From NCBI GenBank assembly GCA_958296045.1, contig CATQHT010000001.1, positions 965,395 to 1,029,394 on the forward strand: 64,000 nucleotides of DNA, written 5' to 3'. The DNA comes from Rhodothermales bacterium. GTDB lineage: Bacteria; Bacteroidota; Rhodothermia; Rhodothermales; Bin80. The notes below the pieces were generated by a model that worked only from the letters and a program-made list of their open reading frames with translations, ran no database searches and was not told the DNA's origin. Position numbers and translations under genes: made by a program. Of the stretch, positions 17,677 through 26,971 are shown one piece after another (position 1 is the stretch's first letter; each line of letters starts with the position of its first letter).

Positions 17677-20491
17677 ACGAATTGTATTCAAGAACATCTC
17701 AGTAGACCAGATGTACGGCCGGAGCTTTGGTAGCCTCGAGCTCAAAGCGCTAACAGAACATATCAACGTTGTACATGGAGTCAATGCATCGGGCAAGTCA
17801 ACGCTAGCGCAGGCGCTGCAATGCGTGATGCTGCTGCAAAATGCAAAGGCCATAAAGCCAAACGTAGACGCTACCCTCGAAACAGGCGACGGCCAATTGG
17901 ATGTGGAAGTCAGGAAATCAAGACGCTTTTGCCGCCTGAATGGCGAAGATATCCAGTGGAACCCGGAACTGATAAGGCCCAAGAGCTACCACATTTCGCT
18001 GCACGCCCTGTTGGGCGCCGAAGCGGGTGATAGCTCGTTCGCGGAGGAAATTATGAAGGAAGCCTCTGGAGGATTTGACGTCCGCAAAGCTGCAATGGAG
18101 CTCGCCTTTGAACAGCTCACCAGCAATTTGACCGCCGGGCACAATAGTGCCAAAAGAGTCAAGAACGCCTCCAACCGATTAAAGGAGGTCGACCGGAGAC
18201 AAAAGAAGCTGGCAAGCGACCGGAAACGGCTGGATCGGCTGCATGAAGAGCAACATACTGCTGCGTCAGCTGCGAACCACGTCAGCCTGTTCACTAAAGC
18301 CCTGGCATTTCACGAAGCACGACGCACGCATAAGGATGCTCGCCAAAGTGTCGAGGCCCTCCCCAAAGTGCTGCAAAAGGTTGACGTGGATCAGCTGCCT
18401 GACAAGCTGCAGAAGATTCGCGACGACATAACGCGCTTAGAGGCCGAGATAGCGCAGCGCGAGCGCGCGGCCACAGAGGCCATGCGACACATCAGCGCCA
18501 GTTCACTGCCCGAATCTGGACTGCCCGAGGGCTTCACGGAGAAAGTCAGCAAGGAGATACAGCGACTTGCGGACGTCGACGGCCGGATAGAGACCATAAC
18601 GGAATCTCTGGCGGAATTCAGGAGGAAAGCCGAAAAAGCCTGGCAGGGGCTTTCTGGCGGCGCAGATTCTCAGCAGAATGCTCCACAGTTCAACCGTAAA
18701 TCTGTGGAACGTCTCGGGTCCGTTATTCGCCGAGCATTTGACGCGGCAGCGGAGAAGGCAGCGCTTAGAGCGAAAGAAAAAGCGTTTCAGGTCGAAGGGG
18801 GTGAGGCGCTTGAGCAGACTGAGAAAACACTTCGTAGAGCACTAGAGTCTCTTGTTGATTGGCTTCGCGCACCGACACATACTCTAGGTAGGGGGCGCAT
18901 GGTCCGTGTTGTTTTGGGCATCGCGGCAACATTGTCTCTGGTAAGCGCGTGGCTTGCAGGCGTGGATACCGTGCGCGGGTGGCCAGGGATTGCAGCGGCC
19001 CTGCTTATCGCATTGGCCTACTACCGGCTCAGCATGGGCGAAAGAACGTATATGCGCCAGAAAGCGGAGGTAGAAAGCAAAATTGAGCGTCCAAGTCTGG
19101 ACCTGGAACTTCCAGCCACGTGGACAAACGACACCGTGGGAAAGCTGCTTGACGACGTGCTGGCTCGCCTTGCATCCATCAATGTTGACAAAAAGAAGCT
19201 CGACAGATTGACGTTCCTTACCGAGGATCGCGAATCTAAAGAGCCTGAGTGGCAGCGGGTACAGGAGGAAGTTCGTCGCATCGAGGAAGCAACCGGCCTT
19301 CAGGGACTCTCGGAAGAAACGCTATTTTACGTGATAGAGCGCATTCTCGACTTCCAGCGCGCCAAGGATGAGGTAAGCGGACTAGAAGCAAGACTTGCGA
19401 AAGCGCAGGGAATGCAGACGCGCCATTTGGCCTACATCAATGCTTCCTTAGCACCGTACGGTCTTGCCGAAGTCGATTCACCTGCGGAGGCCGCAGCGGC
19501 ATTGGAAGACCTCCGCACCGCCAGTCAGAAACTGCAGGGCCACCTCAAGGATCTCGCCGGCATTGAGCGTGAGAAAGAAGCCCTAACATCGCAGCGCGCG
19601 CGGCTAATCGCTAAGCGTCAGCAACTCTTTGCAGAGCTCGACCTGGATGACCAGGATCGCGAGTCCCTGAATGTGCTGGTTCGGCAGAACAAAAAACTAC
19701 GCATACGACGCGAAAAGCTGGGCGAGGCGAAGACACTGTTGGATGACAAGGAGCGCGTGCTTCGCCGATCCCCAGGGTATTCTGAGGACCTAAAGCGCGC
19801 GAACACCGCCGAGCTTGAGGCTGAACTGGAAACGTTTACGACTCTGGCCGCCAAGAAAGACGAAATTCAGCGCGAAATCACCGTGATCACCACCCAGGTG
19901 AAATCCTTGGAGGAAGGCAGTGCACTGGAGAAAGCTAAGGCTGAGTTGGATGAGGCACGGGCGAGATTAAGAATGGATCGTGACGCCAAAGTAGCCAATG
20001 CAGTTGGTGGTGTCCTGATCGAACAGCTCCTGACGTACATCCACGGGCAAGGCATGCCGAGGGTCTTCAGGAAGGCCAAGAATAATTTCCTGCTCGTCAC
20101 CAATGGGCGCTATGAGCTGCGCCTTAAAGGAAACGTGTTTCACGCATATGATACCGAACAGCGACGTACTCAGAATATCCAGGAGCTATCTAGTGCAACC
20201 CGCGTGCAGCTGCTGCTTTGTGTGAGGATCGCATTTGTGGAATCCCAGGAAACAGAATACCGGTTTCCGCTAACGCTGGATGAGGCCTTGGCGAATAGCG
20301 ACGATCAACGTGCTAGCACGGTGATAGAAACTATTGCGCGGCTCGCGATGCAGCGACAGGTGATCTACTTCACCGCGCAGGAAGACGAAGTTCAGAAATG
20401 GAAGAATCATGCAGGTGATGTGCCGGTCAAGTTGATTCGGCTGAACGCCTCAACTCCGGGTAGCGGCATATTCGCGGGCGCACAGACGTAG
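17669..20491 (+). CDS. Rad50/SbcC-like SMC-type ATPase with long coiled coils (YhaN-like)
   Basis: Walker A VHGVNASGKSTLAQAL at the N-terminus. About 700 aa of E/K/R/L/A/Q-rich sequence follows. The C-terminal signature-like ELSSATRVQLLL and Walker B PLTLDEALANSD complete a split ABC head. A central hydrophobic hairpin sits at ~aa 411-455. Confidence 0.8.
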   Translation: MSKRIVFKNISVDQMYGRSFGSLELKALTEHINVVHGVNASGKSTLAQALQCVMLLQNAKAIKPNVDATLETGDGQLDVEVRKSRRFCRLNGEDIQWNPELIRPKSYHISLHALLGAEAGDSSFAEEIMKEASGGFDVRKAAMELAFEQLTSNLTAGHNSAKRVKNASNRLKEVDRRQKKLASDRKRLDRLHEEQHTAASAANHVSLFTKALAFHEARRTHKDARQSVEALPKVLQKVDVDQLPDKLQKIRDDITRLEAEIAQRERAATEAMRHISASSLPESGLPEGFTEKVSKEIQRLADVDGRIETITESLAEFRRKAEKAWQGLSGGADSQQNAPQFNRKSVERLGSVIRRAFDAAAEKAALRAKEKAFQVEGGEALEQTEKTLRRALESLVDWLRAPTHTLGRGRMVRVVLGIAATLSLVSAWLAGVDTVRGWPGIAAALLIALAYYRLSMGERTYMRQKAEVESKIERPSLDLELPATWTNDTVGKLLDDVLARLASINVDKKKLDRLTFLTEDRESKEPEWQRVQEEVRRIEEATGLQGLSEETLFYVIERILDFQRAKDEVSGLEARLAKAQGMQTRHLAYINASLAPYGLAEVDSPAEAAAALEDLRTASQKLQGHLKDLAGIEREKEALTSQRARLIAKRQQLFAELDLDDQDRESLNVLVRQNKKLRIRREKLGEAKTLLDDKERVLRRSPGYSEDLKRANTAELEAELETFTTLAAKKDEIQREITVITTQVKSLEEGSALEKAKAELDEARARLRMDRDAKVANAVGGVLIEQLLTYIHGQGMPRVFRKAKNNFLLVTNGRYELRLKGNVFHAYDTEQRRTQNIQELSSATRVQLLLCVRIAFVESQETEYRFPLTLDEALANSDDQRASTVIETIARLAMQRQVIYFTAQEDEVQKWKNHAGDVPVKLIRLNASTPGSGIFAGAQT

Positions 20492-20775
20492 GTCTGGCGA
20501 TCTGACGTGGTATGTCCCGTATCGCAACGACGGGAATGTGTGGCGCAGGGCAAGAACCTGATAACTGCGTGGGGGATGGGGTAGACTTCCTACCATTTAA
20601 GCAAGGCCATTTCAGGGAAAAGTGGGGCTCAGAGGGCAATCGATTCATCCGTGACCGGTGGAAGCGGTCAAGGCGAAATGGAGTCGGGTAAATCGGGAGG
20701 CGTGGCGAGTAACCGGGTCGGTATATTGACGCGCAATGTCTGCAGTTGGAAAACTCGGCACCGGTCCACCGCTGA

Positions 20776-21036
20776 ATGACGCTGGTACTCACGCATGTAG
20801 GACTCAAACTGAAGACCATCCCCAACCACCAACACCTGCCCAAGCTCCAAAAGGCGTTTATGGATGCCAGGACCCAAATCCCAGAATCCCCCTCTAGCCC
20901 TCTTTCCACTAATTTTGGCCCACCCCCCGCCATCTTTGACCAACTGGTTCACAATGCGCACCACATTTCACTCAAGGGAGAATCCATGCACAAAACACAC
21001 GCCCTGCGGAGCATCAAACCCTACGACCTGGCATGA
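20776..21036 (+). pseudogene. decayed 3' remnant of an IS21-family istB-like ATPase gene (left copy)
   Basis: ..AIFDQLVHNAHHISLKGESMHK.. resembles the IstB C-terminal consensus (AILDRLvHnahri.LkGeSmRk). It is homologous to the better-preserved inverted copy at 22889-23280. Confidence 0.55.
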
Positions 21037-21137
21037 CACATACACATGTGTGCATAAGCCGATTTCGTGCCCCTGGCGCAAGACTTAGGGTGGCGCGCTT
21101 GAAGCCAGAATTGGTGGCGCAGTGGAGCGGAATAGGC
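20934..21137 (+). repeat. left arm of ~205-bp inverted repeat (IS end remnant)
   Basis: Aligns by eye at roughly 75-80% identity with the reverse complement of 22785-22990. Example: GCGCTTGAAGCCAGAATTGGTGGCGC versus GCGCTTGAAGCTGGAATTGGTGGCGC. Confidence 0.75.
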
Positions 21138-21242
21138 AGCGAGTACCTGCCAGTGAAGTTTGAGGTGGCCAACAGCAGAATTCCTTCAAAGCTGGCCCGA
21201 ATCTGGGACAACGCCGAGACGAACACATACCGGATTATCGAG

Positions 21243-22139
21243 ATGGACACACTGCCCTTAATCGCAGCCATGCAACTCGAAGGAGTCGGACCCAAGAAGT
21301 TGCTCAACGTTGTAGATGACTTGAGTGACGGGAAAAGTCAGTTCGCTAAAGTGGCCAATAGGCATTGGAGATGTTCCGTATATGCGGCTGACAGAGCTTG
21401 GGAACAGGCGCAGCGACTCTTGGAGATGTGCGAAAAACGAGATATCCTGCCGATAGCCTTTTCGAACCAAGACCAGTACCCTGAGCGGTTGCATGTGCTT
21501 CGGGTAGCGAATGGCAAAAATGGTGCCCGCGACGATAGACCGCCCGTCGTGTACGTCAAAGGGAACATTGATGCTGTGCACCGACCGAAACCCGTTGTGG
21601 CTATCGTGGGCACTAGGAAACCCACAGACCGGGGACATCGAAGTGCCTTTAAGCTTGGAAGAATCGCAGCCACTTATGGCGTGCCCGTCGTAAGCGGACT
21701 AGCGTACGGGTGTGATCAGCGCGCGCACGAAGGCTGTATAGAAAACAAAGGCACTGCCATAGCCGTGCTTGCACATGGGCTGGACACAATTTATCCGTCT
21801 AAAAACAAAGGGCTTGCTAAGGCAATTCTAGACATGGGGGGCTGCTGGATCAGCGAATTCCCCCCAGGAACGCCTGTGCAGAAGTGGAGCTTCGTGCAAC
21901 GCGACCGGCTTCAGAGTGCGCTTTCTGACGTTGTAGTTATCGCTCAGACCGGCGTTAAGGGTGGAACGCAACACACGATTCGCTTTGCCAGAGAGCAGGG
22001 AAGGCAGCTCGCCTGTGTTGTGCCCGAAGCAGAGGCTAACCATAGAGTCGAAGAAGGCAATCGTAAACTGCTGCAGGACAAGAACGTCGAGCGGCTGGCT
22101 GTGCCCCGAGACTTGAAACGAATGCTGGACAGGCTTTAG
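21243..22139 (+). CDS. DprA/Smf-like (SLOG/Rossmann) DNA-processing protein family member
   Basis: Core VAIVGTRKPTDRGHRSAFKLGRIAATYGVPVVSGLAYGCDQRAHEGCI and AVLAHGLDTIYPSKN match DprA blocks. An N-terminal HhH-like LIAAMQLEGVGPKKLLNVV is present. The listed start at 21033 lies inside the IS-derived repeat, so ATG 21243 (or GTG 21153) is preferred. Confidence 0.75.
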   Translation: MDTLPLIAAMQLEGVGPKKLLNVVDDLSDGKSQFAKVANRHWRCSVYAADRAWEQAQRLLEMCEKRDILPIAFSNQDQYPERLHVLRVANGKNGARDDRPPVVYVKGNIDAVHRPKPVVAIVGTRKPTDRGHRSAFKLGRIAATYGVPVVSGLAYGCDQRAHEGCIENKGTAIAVLAHGLDTIYPSKNKGLAKAILDMGGCWISEFPPGTPVQKWSFVQRDRLQSALSDVVVIAQTGVKGGTQHTIRFAREQGRQLACVVPEAEANHRVEEGNRKLLQDKNVERLAVPRDLKRMLDRL

Positions 22140-22213
22140 GCACGCGTGGGCGCAGCAAGTGTTGTGCCCCGAATGCTACTGCTTGATCGCGTGACCCATC
22201 CATCCCGAGGCAG

Positions 22214-22711
22214 ATGTTGCTTTTTGATTTTGATCAGGTTCTGGTGGACACCGAACCAATCTCGTACTTGCGAAGGGCCAGAGACTGGTCGACTTACAGG
22301 CGAGAGGTTACCAAGCTGCATCCTTGCGATGGCATCAATGCGCTCATTCTCACAGCGGCAGAGTTGGGGCACATGATGGCAATCGTGACCCAGAGTCCTA
22401 GTTTCGTGCCGAAGATATTCGTTCGGAAAGAACGCTGGCCGATCGACATCGTCGTGGGTTGGCACGACTTCAGGCGCCGCAAGCCGCACCCATTGTGCCT
22501 GCAACAAGCTATGAAACGCGCCCAAGCCCAGCCAAAGGCATGTTATCACATTGGTGATCTACCAGCCGATACGGCGGCCTCGAAGAATGCGGGCGTGTAT
22601 TCCATTGGCGCAGGTTGGGCCGCGATCGATCCCGCAGCGCTTCGCAGGTCACAGCCTGACTACTATTTTGAGACGGTAGAGCAACTGCACCGCTTTATCT
22701 CCGTCTTATAA
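22214..22711 (+). CDS. HAD-superfamily phosphatase/hydrolase
   Basis: HAD motif I LLFDFDQVLVDT (DxD), motif II IVTQSP and motif IV IGDLPADTAASKNAG. Confidence 0.75.
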   Translation: MLLFDFDQVLVDTEPISYLRRARDWSTYRREVTKLHPCDGINALILTAAELGHMMAIVTQSPSFVPKIFVRKERWPIDIVVGWHDFRRRKPHPLCLQQAMKRAQAQPKACYHIGDLPADTAASKNAGVYSIGAGWAAIDPAALRRSQPDYYFETVEQLHRFISVL

Positions 22712-22784
22712 GGCCTCTTGAAACACTAACCAGCCAACGTAAATCATCGGGTTGAAAAAGCTCGCGCGGTAGGGATAGGATATG

Positions 22785-22990
22785 TGTGCCTATTCCAATC
22801 AACAGCGCCACCAATTCCAGCTTCAAGCGCGTCACCCTACGTCTTGCATCAGGTGCACGACATCGGCTTCTGCACATATATGTATGTGTCATTCCTGATC
22901 GTAAGGCTTGATGCTCCGCGGGGCGTGTGTTGTGCGCATGGATGCACCCTTGAGCGAGATGCGGTACGCACGGTGAACCAGTCGGGCAAG
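22785..22990 (-). repeat. right arm of ~205-bp inverted repeat (IS end remnant)
   Basis: Reverse complement aligns with 20934-21137 (see left arm). Confidence 0.75.
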
Positions 22991-23280
22991 GATGGCATCG
23001 ACCAAGGTAGGATCTTCATTGATGTCGTGCCACTGTTCCACGGGGATATACGGACTTGGCTGGCCAAGATGGTGGATCGATTCCGGTATCGGTCGTCGAA
23101 CAGCTCCAGGAGGTAGCACTGTTACGTGACGCTCAATTCGCTGGTGCCCCAGTCGTTGGTGATCAGGACATCGATCCTTAACACCTTGCGCAGGAGATTC
23201 CGATAGGTGTCATCGGCGCGCACGAGGTGCATATCCTGCAGGAGTCGCGAAAGGTGGTGATATTGTGCTGAACACCCCAT
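22889..23280 (-). pseudogene. frameshifted remnant of IS21-family istB-like ATPase gene (right copy, C-terminal ~130 aa)
   Basis: Reading across frames on the minus strand gives ..RIDVLITNDWG.. (Walker B-like), LLELFDDRYRNRSTILASQ, then PVEQWHDINEDPTLVDAILARLVHRAYRISLKGASMR. This is the IstB order of motifs, interrupted by a stop and frameshifts. Confidence 0.6.
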
Positions 23281-23408
23281 ACATTCACCCACCTATGTGT
23301 CATCGAAGAGCAACCCTTAACTTGGTGCGGCCATGCGCTGGTCAGTGCATCGTTATCACGGGGATTGCATAAGCGTAAGAGGCCGTAGGTGTACTCTGTA
23401 ATTACATC

Positions 23409-26162
23409 ATGGGAGGGCATCGGTCCTCGTTATTCAGCTCTTTACCAATGACTACACGCTCAGAATTGGCATTTGCCGCCCTTGTAGGGACCTTCTCCGC
23501 TCTTGCTTTTGCTGGATGCGCGCTGGAGCTGGATCCGGTTGTTACGGCCAGCCTCCCCACTGATGCGGATCGCGTCTGGGTAGGGCCGGAATTCTATGCC
23601 AACCGGCTGATGGACTGGCAACTTAGCGAAGGTCGTATCGAGTACCTAGAAGGCAGAGCCGCGAAACCCATGCGTACCCTTCACCTGCTAACGCGGGCTC
23701 TGAGCGACGCACCAGGTGCCATGAACCTTGCTGTCCGCACCGGACCACTCGAGGCCGAAGGGCCGTCGCATCAGTACACGTGGACCGGATTCCTTGTGGG
23801 TGCAGGAGGCACGCATGTGGATTTCAGGATCAGCAGCTTGGTGCATCACTGGCCCGCAGAGGATGGCGGACTGATCTTCGCCATCGACGGCACCGGCCGC
23901 CTGGTCGCACGGGATAATGCCCACAATACATCGGCGAAGGGTCCGCGCGCGGATTTCACGGAAGGCGACTGGCCGCTACTAGAAGCTACCGAATCAGAAG
24001 GCTCGCTGCCCCCTTATAGCGATGTTACGTTAACACTGACAGCCGAGCCGCAGGGTGACGACGGCTACCACGTGACGTTGACCGCCATAGCCGACGGTAT
24101 CCCAGCGGCCTGGGCCCGGTACGAACGTCTGAAGTCGGAGCACTTCAGCGGGAATGTCGCGTTGGTCTCTCACAACAGCGCCCGTCAGGAAGGCGGCGGC
24201 TACTGGTTTCGGGACTGGAGCATAGAAGGCACCAAGGTGGAGCACCATCCCGATCGCGCTTTCGGGCCGATCATGAGCACCATGTACACCGTTAGCGACC
24301 ACGTGCTGAAGATGACGGCACAACTCGGACCCATTGGAGATCAGGATTCGAGGGAGGCTCGCTTGGAGATGGCGACTGGTGCAGCACCTCGCCAATGGGA
24401 GCAAGTGGCCTCTGGCATCATCGATCCGGCCAGCTTTACCGCCACCTTGAGAGTCGATGACTTTGTGTTGGAGGAAGACCGCCTATACAGGGTGGCCTAT
24501 GACTTGCGCGGGGCCCAAGGAAGGTCCGTAACCCACTACTATGAGGGCACCATCCGATACCCAAAGGTAGAAGACGATGAGTTTGTTTTGGCCTCACTGA
24601 ACTGTCAGAACATTTCCCAAGGTCGCGACCTGGTCTGGAATCACAGCACCATCTGGTATCCCCACAGTGAACTGACAAGTGCAGTGGCAACCCATGATCC
24701 CGACATGCTGTTCTTTGCTGGCGATCAAATCTATGAGAGTGGGCTGGCTGGCATCGTTCGTGAGCCACTGAAAAAAGCGCTACTCGATTACCAGTACCAC
24801 TGGTACCGCTTTATCTGGGCCTTCGGAGACCTGATGCGCGACCGTCCGACGGTCACGATTCCAGATGACCATGACGTGTATCACGGCAACATCTGGGGTG
24901 ACGGGGGCAAGAAGGCAGAAGGCAGCGCCCGCCCGTTGTCGGACAATGGCGGCTATATCATGGATGCCAGATTTGTCAATGCGGTACATCGCACCCAGCT
25001 CGCTCATTTGCCTGACCCTTATGATCCCACCCCTATCGATCAGGATATCTCGGTTTATTATACAAACCTTGATCTTGGTGGGATGAGCTTTGCTATCGTG
25101 GCGGACCGCATGTGGAAGTCAACGCCGCGCGAGGCCGTTCCCGAAGCCGAGGTGCGCAACGGTTGGCCAAAAAACCGCGACTACGACGCGACCACGGTCA
25201 CCGATGCAACGCTGTTGGGTGCACGTCAGTTGGCCTTTCTCGACGAATGGGCGCAGGACTTCGAAGATGACACCTGGATGAAGGTGATGCTTTCGCAGAC
25301 CTTGTTCAGCAACTTAGCGACGTTGCCGGAAGGCTCCTTTGATGACAGTGTCGTGCCACAGATGCGTTACGCCGAGCCCGGCGAATACATCAGCACCGAT
25401 CACATGGGTACGGACATGGATTCTAACGGATGGCCCCAAGCGGGTCGTAACCGGGCACTGCGCACCATCCGCAAAGGGTTCGCTTTCCATGTCGCAGGAG
25501 ACCAGCACCTGGGCAGCTTTGTACAGTACGGCATTGATGACTTCAACGATGGCGCTAACGCCTTCATTTCCCCAGCCATCGCGAATATCTGGCCTCGGCG
25601 ATGGTTTCCGCCAGAGCCTGGCGCCAACCGCGCCCCAGGTGCGCCCGCGTATACAGGAGAGTACCTTGATGGCTTCGGCAACCGGATGACCGTACACGCA
25701 GTGGCAAACCCCGTCAGGTCGCACATGGAGCCCGAAGCGTTGTACGATCGTGTTCCCGGATACGGCATCATCCGCTTCCGGCGCGCCGATCGCACCATCA
25801 CGTCGGAAGCCTGGCCCCGATGGGTGGATCCAATGGCCGAAGATGCGGCGCCGTATGACGGATGGCCCGTGGTAGTGACACAGGAAGACAACTACGCCCG
25901 CCAGGCAGCAGGTTACCTTCCGCGCTTGGAAATATCGGGCGCATTGGATCCGGTGGTACAGGTCCGCCATGCGGCCACGCAGGAGGTAGTATACACGCTG
26001 CGCATCAACGGTACTATCTATCGACCCAAGGTGTTCGACCCGGCGGCAGAGTACGATGTCATGATCACCGGTCGTGAGGGCGCTACGGCGCTGGTAGAGG
26101 GCATGCAGGTGACAGAGGATCAGGAGGCGGTGGTCAACGTGACATTCGCGTCGGAGCAGTGA
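23409..26162 (+). CDS. PhoD-like (alkaline phosphatase D family) metallophosphatase, lipoprotein
   Basis: Signal/lipobox ..AFAALVGTFSALAFAGCA. PhoD-type blocks MLFFAGDQIYE and TIPDDHDVYHGNIWG. An alternative start is ATG 23448. Confidence 0.7.
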   Translation: MGGHRSSLFSSLPMTTRSELAFAALVGTFSALAFAGCALELDPVVTASLPTDADRVWVGPEFYANRLMDWQLSEGRIEYLEGRAAKPMRTLHLLTRALSDAPGAMNLAVRTGPLEAEGPSHQYTWTGFLVGAGGTHVDFRISSLVHHWPAEDGGLIFAIDGTGRLVARDNAHNTSAKGPRADFTEGDWPLLEATESEGSLPPYSDVTLTLTAEPQGDDGYHVTLTAIADGIPAAWARYERLKSEHFSGNVALVSHNSARQEGGGYWFRDWSIEGTKVEHHPDRAFGPIMSTMYTVSDHVLKMTAQLGPIGDQDSREARLEMATGAAPRQWEQVASGIIDPASFTATLRVDDFVLEEDRLYRVAYDLRGAQGRSVTHYYEGTIRYPKVEDDEFVLASLNCQNISQGRDLVWNHSTIWYPHSELTSAVATHDPDMLFFAGDQIYESGLAGIVREPLKKALLDYQYHWYRFIWAFGDLMRDRPTVTIPDDHDVYHGNIWGDGGKKAEGSARPLSDNGGYIMDARFVNAVHRTQLAHLPDPYDPTPIDQDISVYYTNLDLGGMSFAIVADRMWKSTPREAVPEAEVRNGWPKNRDYDATTVTDATLLGARQLAFLDEWAQDFEDDTWMKVMLSQTLFSNLATLPEGSFDDSVVPQMRYAEPGEYISTDHMGTDMDSNGWPQAGRNRALRTIRKGFAFHVAGDQHLGSFVQYGIDDFNDGANAFISPAIANIWPRRWFPPEPGANRAPGAPAYTGEYLDGFGNRMTVHAVANPVRSHMEPEALYDRVPGYGIIRFRRADRTITSEAWPRWVDPMAEDAAPYDGWPVVVTQEDNYARQAAGYLPRLEISGALDPVVQVRHAATQEVVYTLRINGTIYRPKVFDPAAEYDVMITGREGATALVEGMQVTEDQEAVVNVTFASEQ

Positions 26163-26971
26163 TTCGCTCACGTCCTGGTTTCTGAAGCTCATGGCTTGTG
26201 GCTGGGGATCGCCGGCGGTATTTGCATGGTCGCTCTAAGATGTGATGAGAAAAGGCGCATTCGTTTGGAATCCTACAGCTTGCTCAGGCGATAGTGGTGC
26301 CCAGACCCCCAAGGCTGCATACCACCCACGCTAATGGTCGTCGCCTGATCTCACGACTCTAGTCATCAGCAACCGCACAGCACAGCACATACGTCTGGCA
26401 TTGGCGATGCCAAACCCACCTGCACTCGGGGGTAACACTGCCCAAACCCCTCGTCAATGAGGTGCACTGTGCGAAACTCCGATCCATGCCAAAGTTGCTG
26501 CGCATTTCCTTCTCGCATATCACAAGACGACAATCAAAGAAGAGGAGCTCCGCTGCTATGCACACCGTTGGGGGCGCTAGTCAGTGCTGCTGCCAGATGC
26601 CACTACTCGGCGTACGGATGCTTACGGCTGAGCCCATCGTCGGTACACGGCGGATGCGCTCGGCGCGCCACAATGGCTTTCGATCAGGTGTAGTCACGCC
26701 TGCTGACCGGCTGCCATGGCATAAGTATCTTCACTGACGGCAAATGCTTTGGTTACAATCAGGCGATCATCGTTGTCGGGCTGACACCGAGGGCCGGAAG
26801 GTCGTCCTTCGCTGCCTCAAAGTGTGATCCGAGAAGCCTTGAACAACAAGAACGAGCGATTGGCAGACCTGCTGAAGCGGAGGCGTTCGCATCCATCAGG
26901 GCCTGCTACGCGTCTGGACTGCCCCACAGCGGAGTCGGCGTGACGACACCTGAGGGATTTGTCCTTTACCA

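Noticed and set aside
21033-21242. N-terminal 70 aa of the listed DprA-like ORF (MTHTHVCISRFRAPGARLRVARLK...).
   Set aside because: This segment is part of the IS-derived inverted repeat. A mirror-image ORF (22695-22892, minus) arises from the other arm, so it is repeat sequence read through, not a protein domain.
26163-26971. 0.8-kb gap between the PhoD-like and sulfatase genes, containing small Cys-rich ORFs (for example 26359-26565 minus).
   Set aside because: No motif, signal peptide or RNA-family feature was recognisable. It is treated as an intergenic/promoter region pending an Rfam or BLASTX check.
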